Part shown: positions 39,185-52,035 of the stretch, in pieces
Numbering within the stretch: position 1 is the first letter of the stretch
Layout: each line of letters begins with the position of its first letter
Source: Callorhinchus milii
Lineage: Eukaryota
NCBI RefSeq assembly: GCF_018977255.1
Contig: NW_024704743.1
Location: forward strand, 69,008,001-69,072,000
DNA length: 64,000 nucleotides
Reading direction: 5' to 3'
Program-made: the position numbers and the translations under genes
Notes under the pieces: model-generated
Databases searched by the model: none
What the model was told of the DNA's origin: nothing
Seen by the model: the letters and a program-made list of their open reading frames with translations, nothing else

Positions 39185-40205
39185 GCGTATTTCATCGAAA
39201 GTCCCTAGTAGATCTATCAGGCAAGACTTGTCTAATAAATCCATGCTGACTGTCTTTAATCAACCCATGTCGTTCCAAGTGGTTATCAATATTATCCTGT
39301 ATTGTAGCCTCCAAAGCTTTGCCCACTATGACTGGTCTATAATTACTTGGCTGGTCATATTTGCCCTTTATAAACAGGTGTTACATTAGCTGCCCTCCAG
39401 GTTCCTGGCACAACTTTGACTCCAAGGATGTTCGAAAAATTGTACTCAAAGCAACTACTATTTCCTCTCTAACTTTCCTCAACATTTTCAGATGCAGGCC
39501 ATCGTGCCCTGGTGACTTGTCCTTTTTTGGGTTCCATCAATTTCTAATTACTGCACAGCCACCTCTTGTACACTCAATAACAACAACAACAAGATTACAT
39601 TTGTAAAGCACCTTTCACGTCGGGTAGACGTCCCAAGGTGCTGGACAGAGTATAGCATTTCAGACTCGAGTTGGGGTCGGGGTGGGGGAAGAGAGGGGAG
39701 TTGAAGAGACATGGCAGATGGCAATGTCTACTCTGTTAAAACTGGGGTGAAATACTCATTATGTATCTCTGCCATACTTTCATTTTCTACGACTAGATTT
39801 TCCTTTTTTGTTTCTAATTGGCCCTAACTTTTCTTTAACTATTCTTTAACTTTTTATGTGTTTATAAAATCCTTTAGTATTTGTCTTTATGTTCCCTGTC
39901 AGTCTTTTCTCGTATCCCCTCTTGGCTTGTTAAATCTCTGTTTTTTGCTTTCTTTTTATACTTTCAACATGCTGCCTGTGTTTTTTTGTGTTATTATCTT
40001 TCCATTTATTGTGCGCTTCTCTTTTATATTTTATTTTCATTTTAATTTGTCAACTCATCCAATAAACTCTAGCGTTAGCAGTGCTCCCTTTATTAATTGT
40101 AGGTATATGCCTATTTTGTACCTTGTTTATATTGGCTATGAAAGTTTCCCACTGCTCATTTACTATCTTATCTGCCAGCTTTTCCACCCAATTGATCTGT
40201 GGTAT
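39185..40205 (-). mobile_element. CR1-like ORF2 internal fragment with a nested L2 tail (~39578-39720)
   Basis: Minus-strand motifs of the SPGxDG, NYRPV and SQHGF type and EQWETF; interrupted by caacaacaa...ttcacgtcgggtagacgtccc. Confidence 0.7.
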
Positions 40206-40206
40206 T

Positions 40207-40517
40207 ATAATAATCCTTGCATTTGATATAGCGCTTTTCACGTCGGGAGGACGTCCCAAAGCGCTTCACAGAACACACTGTAAAGTGAATTGACTGTATA
40301 TTTATGGGCGAACACGGCAGCCAATTGCACACAGCAATGTCCCACAAACAGTCATATGGATTGAAAATGACCAATTTATTATTGTTTTTTTTTGGAGGGA
40401 TTATTATTAGGTGTGTGGAGTAAGGAAACTTGCCCAAGGTTTCGCCCTCTGCCTGGAATTGAACTCAGGTCTCTCACTTGCAAAGCGAGTGCTCTAACCT
40501 CTGAGCTACAGGACTCC
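40207..40517 (-). mobile_element. Full-length young tRNA-derived SINE
   Basis: Head, core, hairpin and (ATT)n all intact. Confidence 0.94.
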
Positions 40518-41844
40518 ATTACTTTCTTATCTCTCATGAAACATGTTTCAGTTAACACCAGTGTCAACACATCATAGCTTGTGATTTCACCCCGTTAATG
40601 TGAACCAGTTTGAACTGAGACAAACAGTTTGGCTTTACTCAAAATGAAGGGAAATGTTGTTTGCTCTGTAGATCTAAAAAAATGTGCAGTAGGACTATGC
40701 TGCCGACTGCATGACCTGTGTAAGAATGAAGAGAAAAATTTTCCAGCATAGTTTAAAATGTTACACTCCAAGGGAAATCCTTTCCCTTTTTATATTGAAG
40801 GAATTAGTTTTACTCAGCACTCTTGGGACAAGATTTGGTTCCTGTTGTATCATTTTTAAATCCCATTACTGTCAAATATGGATCGCTTCAGCCGGCATAG
40901 GGAAATGTTTACCCATGGGTCTAAGCTAGGTTTGAAGCTAGTTTCAAGAGGTGAAAGGGAGGGGACTGTGCCAACCCATCCAATCCCATCTGAACGGTTC
41001 TTTTTTCCTCCTTCTGAATGTATTTCCCTCAAACTAATCCCATCCGGTTGCTTTAACATACTGGCACTGTACATAGGAAATCTCTTTTATTTTGGTCAGC
41101 CGGGCTTGTGGTGACTGTTTTTGTTGGCAAACATCAAGATCCCAGAATCATACAAGGGAGGAAATAATAACAATGCTTGCATTTAATATAGTAGCTTATC
41201 ACATCTTCGAGACGTCTCAAAGCGCTTCACACAATTTTACTGTAAAGTGAATTGAGTGTATATGTGTGGGCGAAACATGGCAGCCAATTGCACACAGCAG
41301 TGTCCCACAAACAGTCATGGATTGATGACCAATTAATTTGTAGCATTGTGGGTTAAAATACCGGAAGAAACTCCCCTCTTTTTTTGAACAGTGCCATGGC
41401 ATCCTTAACGTCTAAAGCATCTCTTTAATGTGGGTTTCAAGGGGGAAGTAGACAGATATATGAAAGTCAGAGGCTTGAACCGGTATGGAGATAAGGCAGG
41501 GCAGTGGAATTGCAAGAACACCTTGTTCTGAGAGCCGATGCAGACTTGATAGGCTCCTTCCACGCTGTAAATTTCTATGATTTTATATTGTCTCACATAA
41601 AGGTTGGAACTTCTAGCAATGCAATGCTCCCTGAGTACTAAACTAGAATATCATATTAAACTATAACCTCAAATCCTGATTTAGTCTTGAACCCAATGCT
41701 ACCAACTCAGTCATACTGACACTGCTATTTTGTAATTTTCTTGTCGTATTCACAACACTAAGGAAGTGTAGAAATGTAAATGCTTACCCCCACTTCAAAA
41801 TCCTGTAGAATGAACAGGTTAATGTATAGATTTGTTCCGCTAAC

Positions 41845-43239
41845 CTTCTATCCTGCTCCTTTGCCCTGCAGAAGCCTCTTCAGTTCCCATTGCTGTCTCT
41901 GGAGATGTTTCTTCAGTTGTAGATTCTTCTGGCCACTGGATGGTGCTGTCCGCTTGCTCTCTGTCATTGAGTTCAGGGCTGTGTGTTGAGTCTGGCGCTG
42001 ACTCAAACGCACTGTTTTCATCTTCTTCTTCTTGTGAAGAGAAGACTATACTTTCAGACAGTCTGGCACTGTCAATTGAAGAGAACCTGGTGTGGTTTGA
42101 GGAGTAGCAGGTTGTACTGTCATAACAGGAAGTGCTTTGACAAGAGGTGCTGTAGCAAGACGTACTATAACAAGAAGTGCTATAACAGGAAGTTCTGTAA
42201 CATGATGCATCACAGACATCCCATTCGTTATTTACCTGTGGCCTGGAACTTGCGTCGCTCTCACTTTGATTTCTTTGTTGATCATTTTGTAATATCTGAT
42301 TTAACTCAGAAAGATGTTCAACTGAGGCACTGCGCGGCAGCATCCTCCGACCTCCACTGCTGGGGTCCATCGAGACATCATCAGATGGCAGATCTGCCGT
42401 GTCTCTTTCACTAGTGTTATTCTCTTCTTCTGTTTCTTTTTCCAATGGCTCGTGAGGAAATTCTTTACCTTGCTCCTCCTGTGCGTCATCATCTAGCTGA
42501 GCAGAAGGCAAGCTGTGGAGCAGACGGTGCAGTGTAATATAGTGGGTCCGAGGGGTTTCTGGCTCACCTGAACCACAAGCTGAGGCAATCACAGACTCCA
42601 GCTCCGACACTGGCAGTGAGCACGGCCTTGTTTTCCTCTTCACTGCCGTCCTCAATCTTAATGTGTTGTTTTCGTGCTGAGGTGAATCTCCACTGCTTTC
42701 AGCACCAGGTTCAATGCCTTCCGCTCCGCAGGCAAGTTCAGCAAAATTCTCAACAATACCTTCATCATCAGCAACCAATTGATGAGATCCCACATCTTCT
42801 TCAACAAAAATGTTGTCCTGTACTCCTTCAGTCTCTGAACTGAGATTGAAAGGGACATCTGGTTGAGGAGGTGATTCATCAGAAAGGGATGGCTCAGCTT
42901 CATTGGGTGCAGATTCCTCAAGATCCAGTGAAGCTGTTGCTACAGGACACTCCTCTTCGGGCTCATTGACTCCATTCTCAGTAGGAATGGTTTGGTTCAG
43001 TTCAGCGGGTGGTGAGGCTGCAGCTGGGATACTCACAGTCACTGTATTTACATCACTGTCCGGGCTCCTCACATCAACGCCATTCATGTTACTCCCGTTC
43101 AGCTCGATCTCTGTTGTTGGGGGCTCTGATGCGTGAAGACTCTGGGGGTCACAGCAGGTCTGCTCCGTCACATCAGCCGTCTGATTTTCCTGATATTCAA
43201 CGGATTCCAATTCATTATTAGTCGAGACATCTTCATCAT
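41845..43239 (-). CDS. HECW1: HECW1 large exon: acidic disordered linker with KRKTRPCSLPVSELE, ETPRTHY, SCYST repeats and HTRFSSIDSA motifs
   Basis: 1395 bp; acceptor ttttcag|AT GAT GAA, donor GAA G|gttagc; phase 1 to 1; overlaps ORF 41840..43210; the SCY repeats and flanking motifs are characteristic of HECW1 rather than HECW2. Confidence 0.95.
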
Positions 43240-43369
43240 CTGAAAAAGTGTCAGAAATGATGAGTTACTAACCCAAAGCAGCTCAACAAGAAGGGTGCCA
43301 TGTACACATCATATGCTCACTAGGTCAGTTTAATTTATTTTAAAGTTGTTTGTGAACTCCTATTTAAAT

Positions 43370-43990
43370 AATAATTATAATCCTTACATTTGATATAGCA
43401 TCTTTCACATCAGGAGGGCGTCTCAAGGTACTTCACAGGATATATTGTAAAGTGGAGTAACCATGTGTTTTTTGGGTAAACGCAGAAACCAATTTGCAAA
43501 CAGCAATAATATTAATTCTTACATTTAATATAGAGCCCTATCACGTCTCCAAGATGTCTCAAAGCGCTTCACAGAATATACTGTAAAGTAAAACTTGTGG
43601 AGTAAGGAAACTTGTCCAACGTTTTGCCCTGCCAGTAATTGAACCCAAGTACTCTCGCTTGCGAGGCGAGTGGTCTAACCACTGAGCTACATGACTCTAG
43701 GTTCGATGTCCCACAAACAGCCATGAAGTGAGTGACCAATTTTATTTGGGGGATTATTGGCCAGGACACTGGGAGAAACTCTGTTTTCTTTTCGAAGTGC
43801 CATGCGATCTTTAACATCTACCTGAACAGGTAGTTGGGCCTTGTTTTATTATCTAATCTGAAGGACGGACAGAACCTCTAACAATACAGAACATGCCCAG
43901 TAGTACATTGGAGTGTCAGCTTAGACTATATGATTTCCAAGTCCCAATGTCTTGAGAACCACAATCGTCTGACTCAGATAATAATGGTAC
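43370..43990 (-). mobile_element. Older Deu-type SINE with a nested, internally deleted young SINE (~43505-43700)
   Basis: The older element's core is split at cagcaat / gatgtcccacaaacag by a second tail-plus-head unit. Confidence 0.7.
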
Positions 43991-45319
43991 CAACTGAGCT
44001 AGGTTGATATGCAATGTCTAAATGAATGTAAGTTCATTCTGTTATCCATAAGCATCCATTATCTGGAACACTTATATTTGATATAGTATATTTCACGTCA
44101 GGAGAAGCCCTCAAAGCACTTTGCAAGATAAACTGTAAAGTGCAATGACTATCTTGTAGGTAAATGCAGCAGTGAATTTGACAGCGATGTCCCAAAACCC
44201 AATGTATTTTATTTTATTAAAAGGCGGTTTCTATTTAGGAATATGTTTTACTTGACAATTCCCTAATTGGTAAGGTGGTTCTAACTGGATAAGCAGCAGG
44301 AAAGATTGCCAGGCACTGCTCCCAAAGGCAAGCTATGTGATTTTAGCTGGTTAGACTCCAGCAGTACTCCAACACACACTCTGGGTCCCCAAACCTTGGC
44401 TCTTGCCAAAATGCACCAGATACTTTGCGGAATTAGGTAAGCAGGATGCGGCCCTCCAGGGAGAGAGTGCACATTCCATTCGAACAAATATCTCTGGGAT
44501 TTCCATGTGTAGGTGGGATGCATGGAAATCTCAGTTTGGTTTGGATACTCTTAAGCCTAGTGATTGGTTTCCGCATGTGTCAGACAGCTGACTGACCAAA
44601 ACAAAGAAGAGTCAAAGTTTGCATGTGTGATTAGTTGAGCTCAGGCTGCTTGTGAATCACTTTGGATATAAATCTGATTAAAAACAAAATGTAACTCCTT
44701 TCCTTTGCCCTATGTCTATGCACGAACGTTAGAGAAGGTGCACGCCAAATGCTTCCTCAAGTTTTGTTGTTCGATATACTTGTCAAGGATAGAGCAAAAG
44801 TTCAGAGTGTAATTTACTGTATTATTTAAAAGAGCAAGGCATTTACAAAATAATTTAAATATGTGGAGATAAGTATATTTCTTGGGAGTGAGGAATATAT
44901 ACCCAGTCTTTGTTTTCTGGAGCAATTTTTCAACAATGCTTCTACAGTGACAAGTCATTAATCTCCTTGCTGCCCTTGAGTGAATGTGGTGCATTGCTAC
45001 AGGAATTCTATCATTTCAGCTATGTTGTATCTTGCAAAGGCCTTTTGGTCTGCGGATGTTTGTATTCAACAATCTGTGAAAACATCTGAGAGCATATACA
45101 ACAGGATGAGCCTGATTCATATAGCAATGTGGTAGGAGGAGGAGAATTCAATTGTGGTGGATAATCAAGGTTCAACTCCAATCGACACTTTTTATTTCTG
45201 TGTATGCAGTGCAGTTGTGGGAGAATAGAACCCGTCATCGGATTTGCATCTCATTTAAATAACAAGTTAAAAAAAAGTACACAATCCTGATTTGGGAGGA
45301 ACATCTAAGCTTTTGCAGA

Positions 45320-46000
45320 GCGTCACAGTATTTTATTAACTAATATTTACTTCAATCACACTCAGACTATCTTACTGCAATAACATCTAACATAAAACTG
45401 TATATAATATGCACTGTCAAACTATCCAACCTGAATACAATCTAGCAGTACAGTGCGTCTTGTTTATACACTATCACAGTACCTTACTTCAATAACATTC
45501 AAGATCAATCACACGCTGTCACAGTATCTCACTTTAATAATATTTAATATTGTACTGCATATTAATTATCAACTATAATCTGTTATGGTATCTCCTACAG
45601 CAATATCTAACAACACAAATGTTAGTGCTATACTGGTGCAGTATTGTATTGTGATAACATTCAACATCAATCACACGTTGCCACAGGATCACTTCCAGCA
45701 TCACGCTGCACATCATCCACACAATGCGGCATTCACTATCTTACTTCAATAACATCTGCCAGCACACGTCATATTAATTATACACTGCCACACAATCTAG
45801 TGTAATAACATCCAACACCACACTGCAGATGTCTGATACTCTGTTACTGTGTCTTACTGCAATGACATTTCTCATCAATCACACAGTCAGAGTATATTAC
45901 TCCAACATCTAACAACACACACGTTAATGATCTACTGTTACTATATCTTACTGCATTGACACCTGACATAATTGCGCCTCAATCACTCACTGTCATAGCC
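45320..46000. repeat. Degenerate tandem array, ~13 units of ~43-64 bp
   Basis: Recurrent core tatcttactgcaataacatctaaca and caatcacac motif; a further unit at ~46295-46370. Confidence 0.75.
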
Positions 46001-46994
46001 TCTTTGCAGTATTTATTTTGCAGGATACATCAGAGCAAGTTTAAAGAGAACCAGCTCTGAGGTAGCCTGAGGCTGGGATGCCTCCTGCTTTGCTCTTTGG
46101 GATGCAATCCAAAGCACCAGAAGCAATATTAAAACGACTGCGCATGTCAAATGTGGAAGTAACTGTAACTGGGTCTAGTGCCAACACTGCATATTTGTTT
46201 ATACTGTAGCACTGCAGGCAAAGGCACGTCTCTTGTCAGCAGCAGGGCTGCAGTATAAACACAGTTTTACTGGAGTAGCAGGTGAACATTCACTGCATAT
46301 CAATCACACACTCTCACACTACCTTCCTGGAATAGCATCAACATGACAATACATATCAATTATACGCTACTACTTGTCAGCTCATATGCATGAGTAGTTG
46401 AAATTCCATTGAAAAAGGCTTGGAGTGGGGAAATGAGGTGTAAATGCATTGTGTGTGTGTGTATATATATATAAACGAAAGGCCAGCAACTGTGAACTGA
46501 TAATGGAAGATCTATGGTTCACTAATACATCAATAAAAATGAAGAAATTGTATCTAGGAGACTTTTAGGAACTATCAAATTTACAAAACTTATAAGTTTA
46601 GTCAAGCATGATTGCATGCCAAATTTGCCTAAATTTGCCAAATCTCACCATTCTGGCAAATTTATTTCCGCCCTTCCAATGATTTGATTCCTAGACACCA
46701 TCTGAGTCAGTGTCACCCATTCATCAGCTTGTTTGAAAATAACAGAGAACAGTGGCGAGGAGGTGGAACACAATCTCGTCAAACATTCTGATCAAAAATT
46801 CTTTGTTGAATAATACATCAAAGTTTTCTTTTGCTTAAATTGAAAATAAATCGTATTAAAACACTTCCTCCAAAATAACACTGGGACATTTTATAATCTC
46901 TTCCTTCAGCATCCTGCTGGCAAGAATAAATAGATTAGGCCCTAATCTCAAAAGTTTCTTTCAGATTTATATATATATAAAAATATACTTGTAT

Positions 46995-47365
46995 ATAATA
47001 ATCCTTGCATTTGATATAATGCCTTATCACATCTTCGAGACATTTCAAAGCGCTTCACAGAATATACTGTAAAGTGAATTGATTCTGTAGTTTGTGGGTG
47101 AAACGCGGCAGCCAATTGAGCATAGCAATGTCCCACAAACAGTTGTGGATTGAGTGACCAAATTATTATTATTTTTTTTGGAGGAGGGATTATTCCCCCC
47201 AGAAAAGTGATCCACCAATCGACTAACAACTTGGGTTCCTACTTACTGCTAGGCAAACAGAGACATGTGGAGTAAGGAAACCTAACGTTTCACCCCACCC
47301 GGGAATAGAACACACGTCCTCTCACTTGTGAGGGGAGTGCTCTAACCAATATGCTACAGGATTAC
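46995..47365 (-). mobile_element. SINE long variant, full length, ending ~40 bp from an exon donor
   Basis: Head, extra central segment, core and tail. Confidence 0.88.
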
Positions 47366-47404
47366 GGAATATCTACATATCAACATGATAACAAACAACA
47401 GAAC

Positions 47405-47505
47405 CTTGATGGATTGAAGATGTGATCTCAAATCGGAACTGCAGCTGTCCACTGACATGGTCTGTCGGGAGCCGTCGGCCCAGGGTATAGCTCACCACTC
47501 TGTCC
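47405..47505 (-). CDS. HECW1: HECW1 coding exon ([33 protein letters not shown])
   Basis: 101 bp; acceptor ttcag, donor G|gttctg; phase 2 to 1 joins both neighbours in frame; absent from the ORF track, translated by hand. Confidence 0.95.
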
Positions 47506-49685
47506 CTGAATGAAAAGCAAACATGATCACATGACTTTTCCCGTATGAATAAAACATCAACACTGATATCCTGTTATGCTACACTAGCTCCAAACTGGGC
47601 TGCAGGTTTATCATGATTCCAAGGGCACAGCAGAGAAACAGAGTGTGCTGATGCAGATCAATTCTGTGCCTCTGTTAACAGCAATATTCTAATGCACAAA
47701 GTGATTCAGCTCCCGTGACAGCTTTGCAGTGATTGATAGTTACCCAATTAGAAAACGGGCTGGTATCCCACGTAATGATTCTTCTGGGATGGATTCTCTG
47801 CTCTGCAGGTGGAGGAGAAACTCTTGACACAAGCTTTTCATTGTTCTCACTGCATTTAAACCCATAAGCTGTTTGCCCAGTGAACTGTATACATTCAAAA
47901 GCAATTTTTCACTTCTAGTCTTAATTCTGTCTCTGATAGCACTGCCATTAAAATGAAAACATTCAGCACTTGAACACCTGTCCAGTTGCTAGCACTCTTG
48001 TCACGAGATTGAGTTAAACATCATAATGTTCCAAAGTTAACTATTGTTACGTACAATGATTGTATGTATAGTCTTCTGTGGCATCTATTTGTGCCCCAGC
48101 AAAGTTCTACATGAGCTGAACCCTCTTTGGTGAGGGAGGTCAGTGGGTTTCCCTGGAGCTGAGTTGGTACAAGTGATCATAGAATCATAGAATTATACTG
48201 CACAGAAGGAGGCCATTCGGCCCATCATGTCTGTGCCAGCTCTTGGAAAAGAGCTATCCAAATCAATCCCAATCCCCCGCTCTCTCCCCATAGCCCTGCA
48301 AACTTGTCCTCCTCAAATAGTTATCTGGATGTGCTTGGTAAAGGAATGTTGGAATCATTTGAATCCTACGTGGCAATCACAATAGTTTCCTGAGCCAGGT
48401 GGGTCAGATACCAGATAATTAATAAATAATAATAATAATAATAATAATCCTTGCATTTGATATAGCGCTTTTCATGTCTTCTAGACCTCGCAAAGCGCTT
48501 CACAAAATATAATGTGAATATAAAGTGAATTGACTGTATATTTTGTGAGCAATTTCAGCTATACTAGTGATTGCGCAGCATATTTAAAAGGAAAATAATG
48601 CTATTTGCAGGTCACCGTTCCTTTTTTAGAATGACTGCTGACTCTACATTTATAAAACCCTGACATAGTGCCTTTTCTGCACTTTATAGTAACCTGCAGG
48701 GTGTTATTTTCTCCTCAGGATATGCTGACATTTTCATGGCCAATAAATCTCCATTTATGGTATAACCAGGATATACTCGGTAAAATGATCAATGTCATAT
48801 AAGAAGTTAGTTTCTAATCAGTGAAGAACAGATTAAAATCTCTACATATTAACATGATCAGCATTAAAGTCACTTCCTGAAACAAAACACAAGCTACGTT
48901 TTACACGGGTCATGGCTGCGATTTAGATTTTGAGTCATATCAAAAAGGGTGACTTGTGCCAATCTGACAATTCCTTTCAAGACATGAGGGGGGTTTGTAA
49001 ATCAGCTGCTACATAACTTCATACAGATGCTATGCATTCCATCAAAAGAACATTTAAATTGCATGCAAATAAAAATGAAAGCAATGCACTCTGCACAAAT
49101 GACAATTTACACATTAAGTATTAGTTCAGCATTGAGATAATTGCTAAAGTTGTGGAAAAATCAATCTTTCAATATTCTCCGTCTTTTTCTGTGTTTATAC
49201 ACAGTAGAATTTTAAGCCAGCTGTTGGTTCTTCACACTTAATGTATAATATGCTTATTGTGGATGAAGCATGGATCTGTCTCATGGATATTCAGTGTGTC
49301 ACAATGAGGTCTGTCGAAGTACAGATTGAGGATATCCAATTTGACGCAAGACATTAAATGCAGCACAGAAAAATGTAAGACTTTTTTCAGAAAAAGCCTA
49401 AAGGAAACAATCTTTTGGAATTCATTAAATATTTCTCAGCTAGTGACCTTAAATATGTTTCCATAAACTGGTGATAATATGGAGTATACAGCCACGTCAG
49501 AAGTATTTTGTGAAGTAGATTTGTGTATTGGAATATTCTTTCCCCACCTCACAGAATTGTTGTCCATTAATATTTCTGTACCAACAAATGTTAATATAGC
49601 AACACATAGTATCAATATCAATGATTAGCAATGTCATGCAAGAACATATATGGCCATCAGAACAAAAAAACATACAAAGACTTAC

Positions 49686-49828
49686 CCTATCGCATGCCTT
49701 TCCAATAATCTCTGCACTGGCGTTGAAAGCTTTCCTAAAAAACGCTTAATAATGGGTCGACTCTTTGCAAACTTGTCCTTCACCTCAATTTCAAGCACAT
49801 CCGTAGGGAGAGAAACAAAGCTGTGCTG
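49686..49828 (-). CDS. HECW1: HECW1 coding exon, C2 domain C-terminal part ([48 protein letters not shown])
   Basis: 143 bp; acceptor ttctctgcag, donor GG|gtaag; phase 0 to 2; peptide nearly identical to the HECW1/2 C2 region as recalled. Confidence 0.96.
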
Positions 49829-50659
49829 CTGCAGAGAAGGGAAAGGAAGATCCTTGTGTAAACTGTAAGGCACTTGAATAACTAGTGAACATGTGTATGC
49901 AGAAATTAATTTGAATTATGCCGTTTTATAGGATCCTATGAGAAGTACATTGGGTTCCTAAACATACAGCAGAACATCACAAGGGGTGGAAACAGAAAAA
50001 TAACAGATTTTCTAAATTAACTAGTTACATTTCTGGAAAGTAAAATGAGTCAAGGTTATTAGATGGTGAGTTGTACTGAAGGAATAGAACCGTAAAAAAT
50101 CACATAAATTGGATAGAGGGCCACCAGCCAGAAACAAGCCATTTGACCCAACTAATCTGTTCCAAGGTTTTTCTCTACATGAACCCCCAACACTTCTGTT
50201 CCCCTTACTCACAACCCTCTATTCCCTTCTCAAGTTTGAAACATTTCCTATTAACTATTAAACTCTATTTTTACCTATTAATTTCCTTTCCATTGTTGTC
50301 TTTGTTGCACGTCCTCACTTGACCAGGAGGAGGAGGTGATGTGAGCAATGAACAGCTCCACCACGAATGTGAGCACTTCTTCGTGATCAGTTGGCTTGAG
50401 CCGCCAGTGAAGTAGGGCAAGAGCGTTGTAATTAAAGAGAATACGCTGATGTAACATGCAGAGTTGGGACACAGTCATTACTATTTGCTTGGCTGGGAAG
50501 AAGGTCAGCCACTTCAGCGGATCGGTCATCCATACACAGGCCACAATTTCTGCAAGTCAAGAAACCATTTGCTCAAAGCTAAAATTAGCCATGTGTGAGT
50601 GGTCTCTTAATGGCATTAATATCACTGCATAGAGTCAGAATTGCTAAGATTCTTTAATT

Positions 50660-51112
50660 ATTTACCAAACTAAACTCCGCACCCCCATCACACGAGTTCA
50701 AGCCAAGTTCCACTGGCTCCCTATTGCCAAACAGATCAATTTCAAGATCCTCATGCTCGTTTTCAAAGCCCTTCATGCCCTGGCACCTCTCTACCTCTCC
50801 GAACTGCTTACCCCAACCCACAACCCACTGCCACTGCTCAACTGGCTCCAGCCTTCTACATGTCCCTCGTGCCCTCCGTTCCACCATTGGTGACCACATT
50901 TTCAGCCATTGCACCCTGAAACTCTGGAACACTTCTCCTCTATCCCGCCACCTTGTTCCTTCCTTCCCCATCTTTAGGTCGCACCTGAAAACCTTCCTAT
51001 TTGATCGTGCCTACTGTCCCTCCCCTGCTCGGAGTCGTGCTCCGCCACTGTCAAGCACTCTGGGACGCTACCCTGTGTGAGGGGCTCTATATAAATGCAA
51101 GTTGTTGTTGTT
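50660..51112 (+). mobile_element. 5'-truncated L2 LINE
   Basis: cactggctccct...ttcaagatcctc motif; tail ttgttgttgtt. Confidence 0.85.
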
Positions 51113-51189
51113 ATCTACAAAATAGGACCATCGGGTGTTTTAATATTTATAAGAAAAAAAATTGGGTAACAACAATTAAATTACTAATT

Positions 51190-52035
51190 TCTATAGCGCC
51201 TTTCATATTGGGAGGACGTCCCAAGGTGCTGGACAGTCAGAGTTTCCGACGCGAGCTAGAGTTCGGGATTGGGGAGGGTGAAGGGCAGGGGGTGAAGCAG
51301 GATGATCGAAAGCACAGTTGAAGATGAGGGTCTTGAGATGGGTCTTGCAGATGGCAAGGGAGCGGGCGACGCGGAGGAACCGCGGGCTGGAGTTCCAGAG
51401 GGTGGGGGTAGAGTGGTAGAAGGCCCATTGCCAATGATGGGGCAGGCAAGGTGGGGAACATGAAGCAGGACACAGCCCGCTGAGCGGAGAGAGTGAGCAG
51501 GATGGTAGAGGGTTAGGAGGTCGCAGAGGTAGGGGGGAACAGGACCATGGAGGGCTTTGAAGGTAAGGACAAGATCTGGAACTGTGTCCTATGTACGGTG
51601 GGAAGCCAGTGGAATCTGCAGGAGAGGTCACGGGCTGCAGAGTTCTGGATGATCTGCAGCCTATGGAGGGAGGAGTTGGGGAGGCCAACAAGCAAGGAGT
51701 TTGCATAGTCAAGCCTTAATTTAATGAATGCGTGTATGAAGGTTTCAGCAGCCTGCGGTTTGAGGCAGTGGCGGACCTGGGGCGATATGGCGGAGGTGGG
51801 GTAAGGCAGAGCGGGTCATGACAAGATGTGGGGTAGAAAGGATAATTGAGAGTCAAACAAGACCCCACGGTTCCGAACTGACTTAGCAAGGTGGAGTGAG
51901 CAACCATGGATGGTGATGCTGTCACCGCCTGAAGTATGGAGGCGCTGATGAGAGCCAATCAAGAAAGCCTCAGTCTTGTTCACGTTCAATGTTCAACGTT
52001 CAAGATGAAAGTTAGCTCTCATCCAGGACTTGATG
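51190..52035 (-). mobile_element. L2 LINE 3' part
   Basis: GLPNSSLHRLQIIQNSAA on the minus strand; hairpin at ~51196-51230. Confidence 0.85.

Noticed and set aside
41983..43221. Antisense or alternative-frame ORFs over the large exon
   Set aside because: Shadow ORFs of a long coding exon; no independent evidence
45320..46370. CRISPR array interpretation of the repeat-spacer pattern
   Set aside because: Vertebrate intron, repeats too divergent, spacers related to one another, no cas genes
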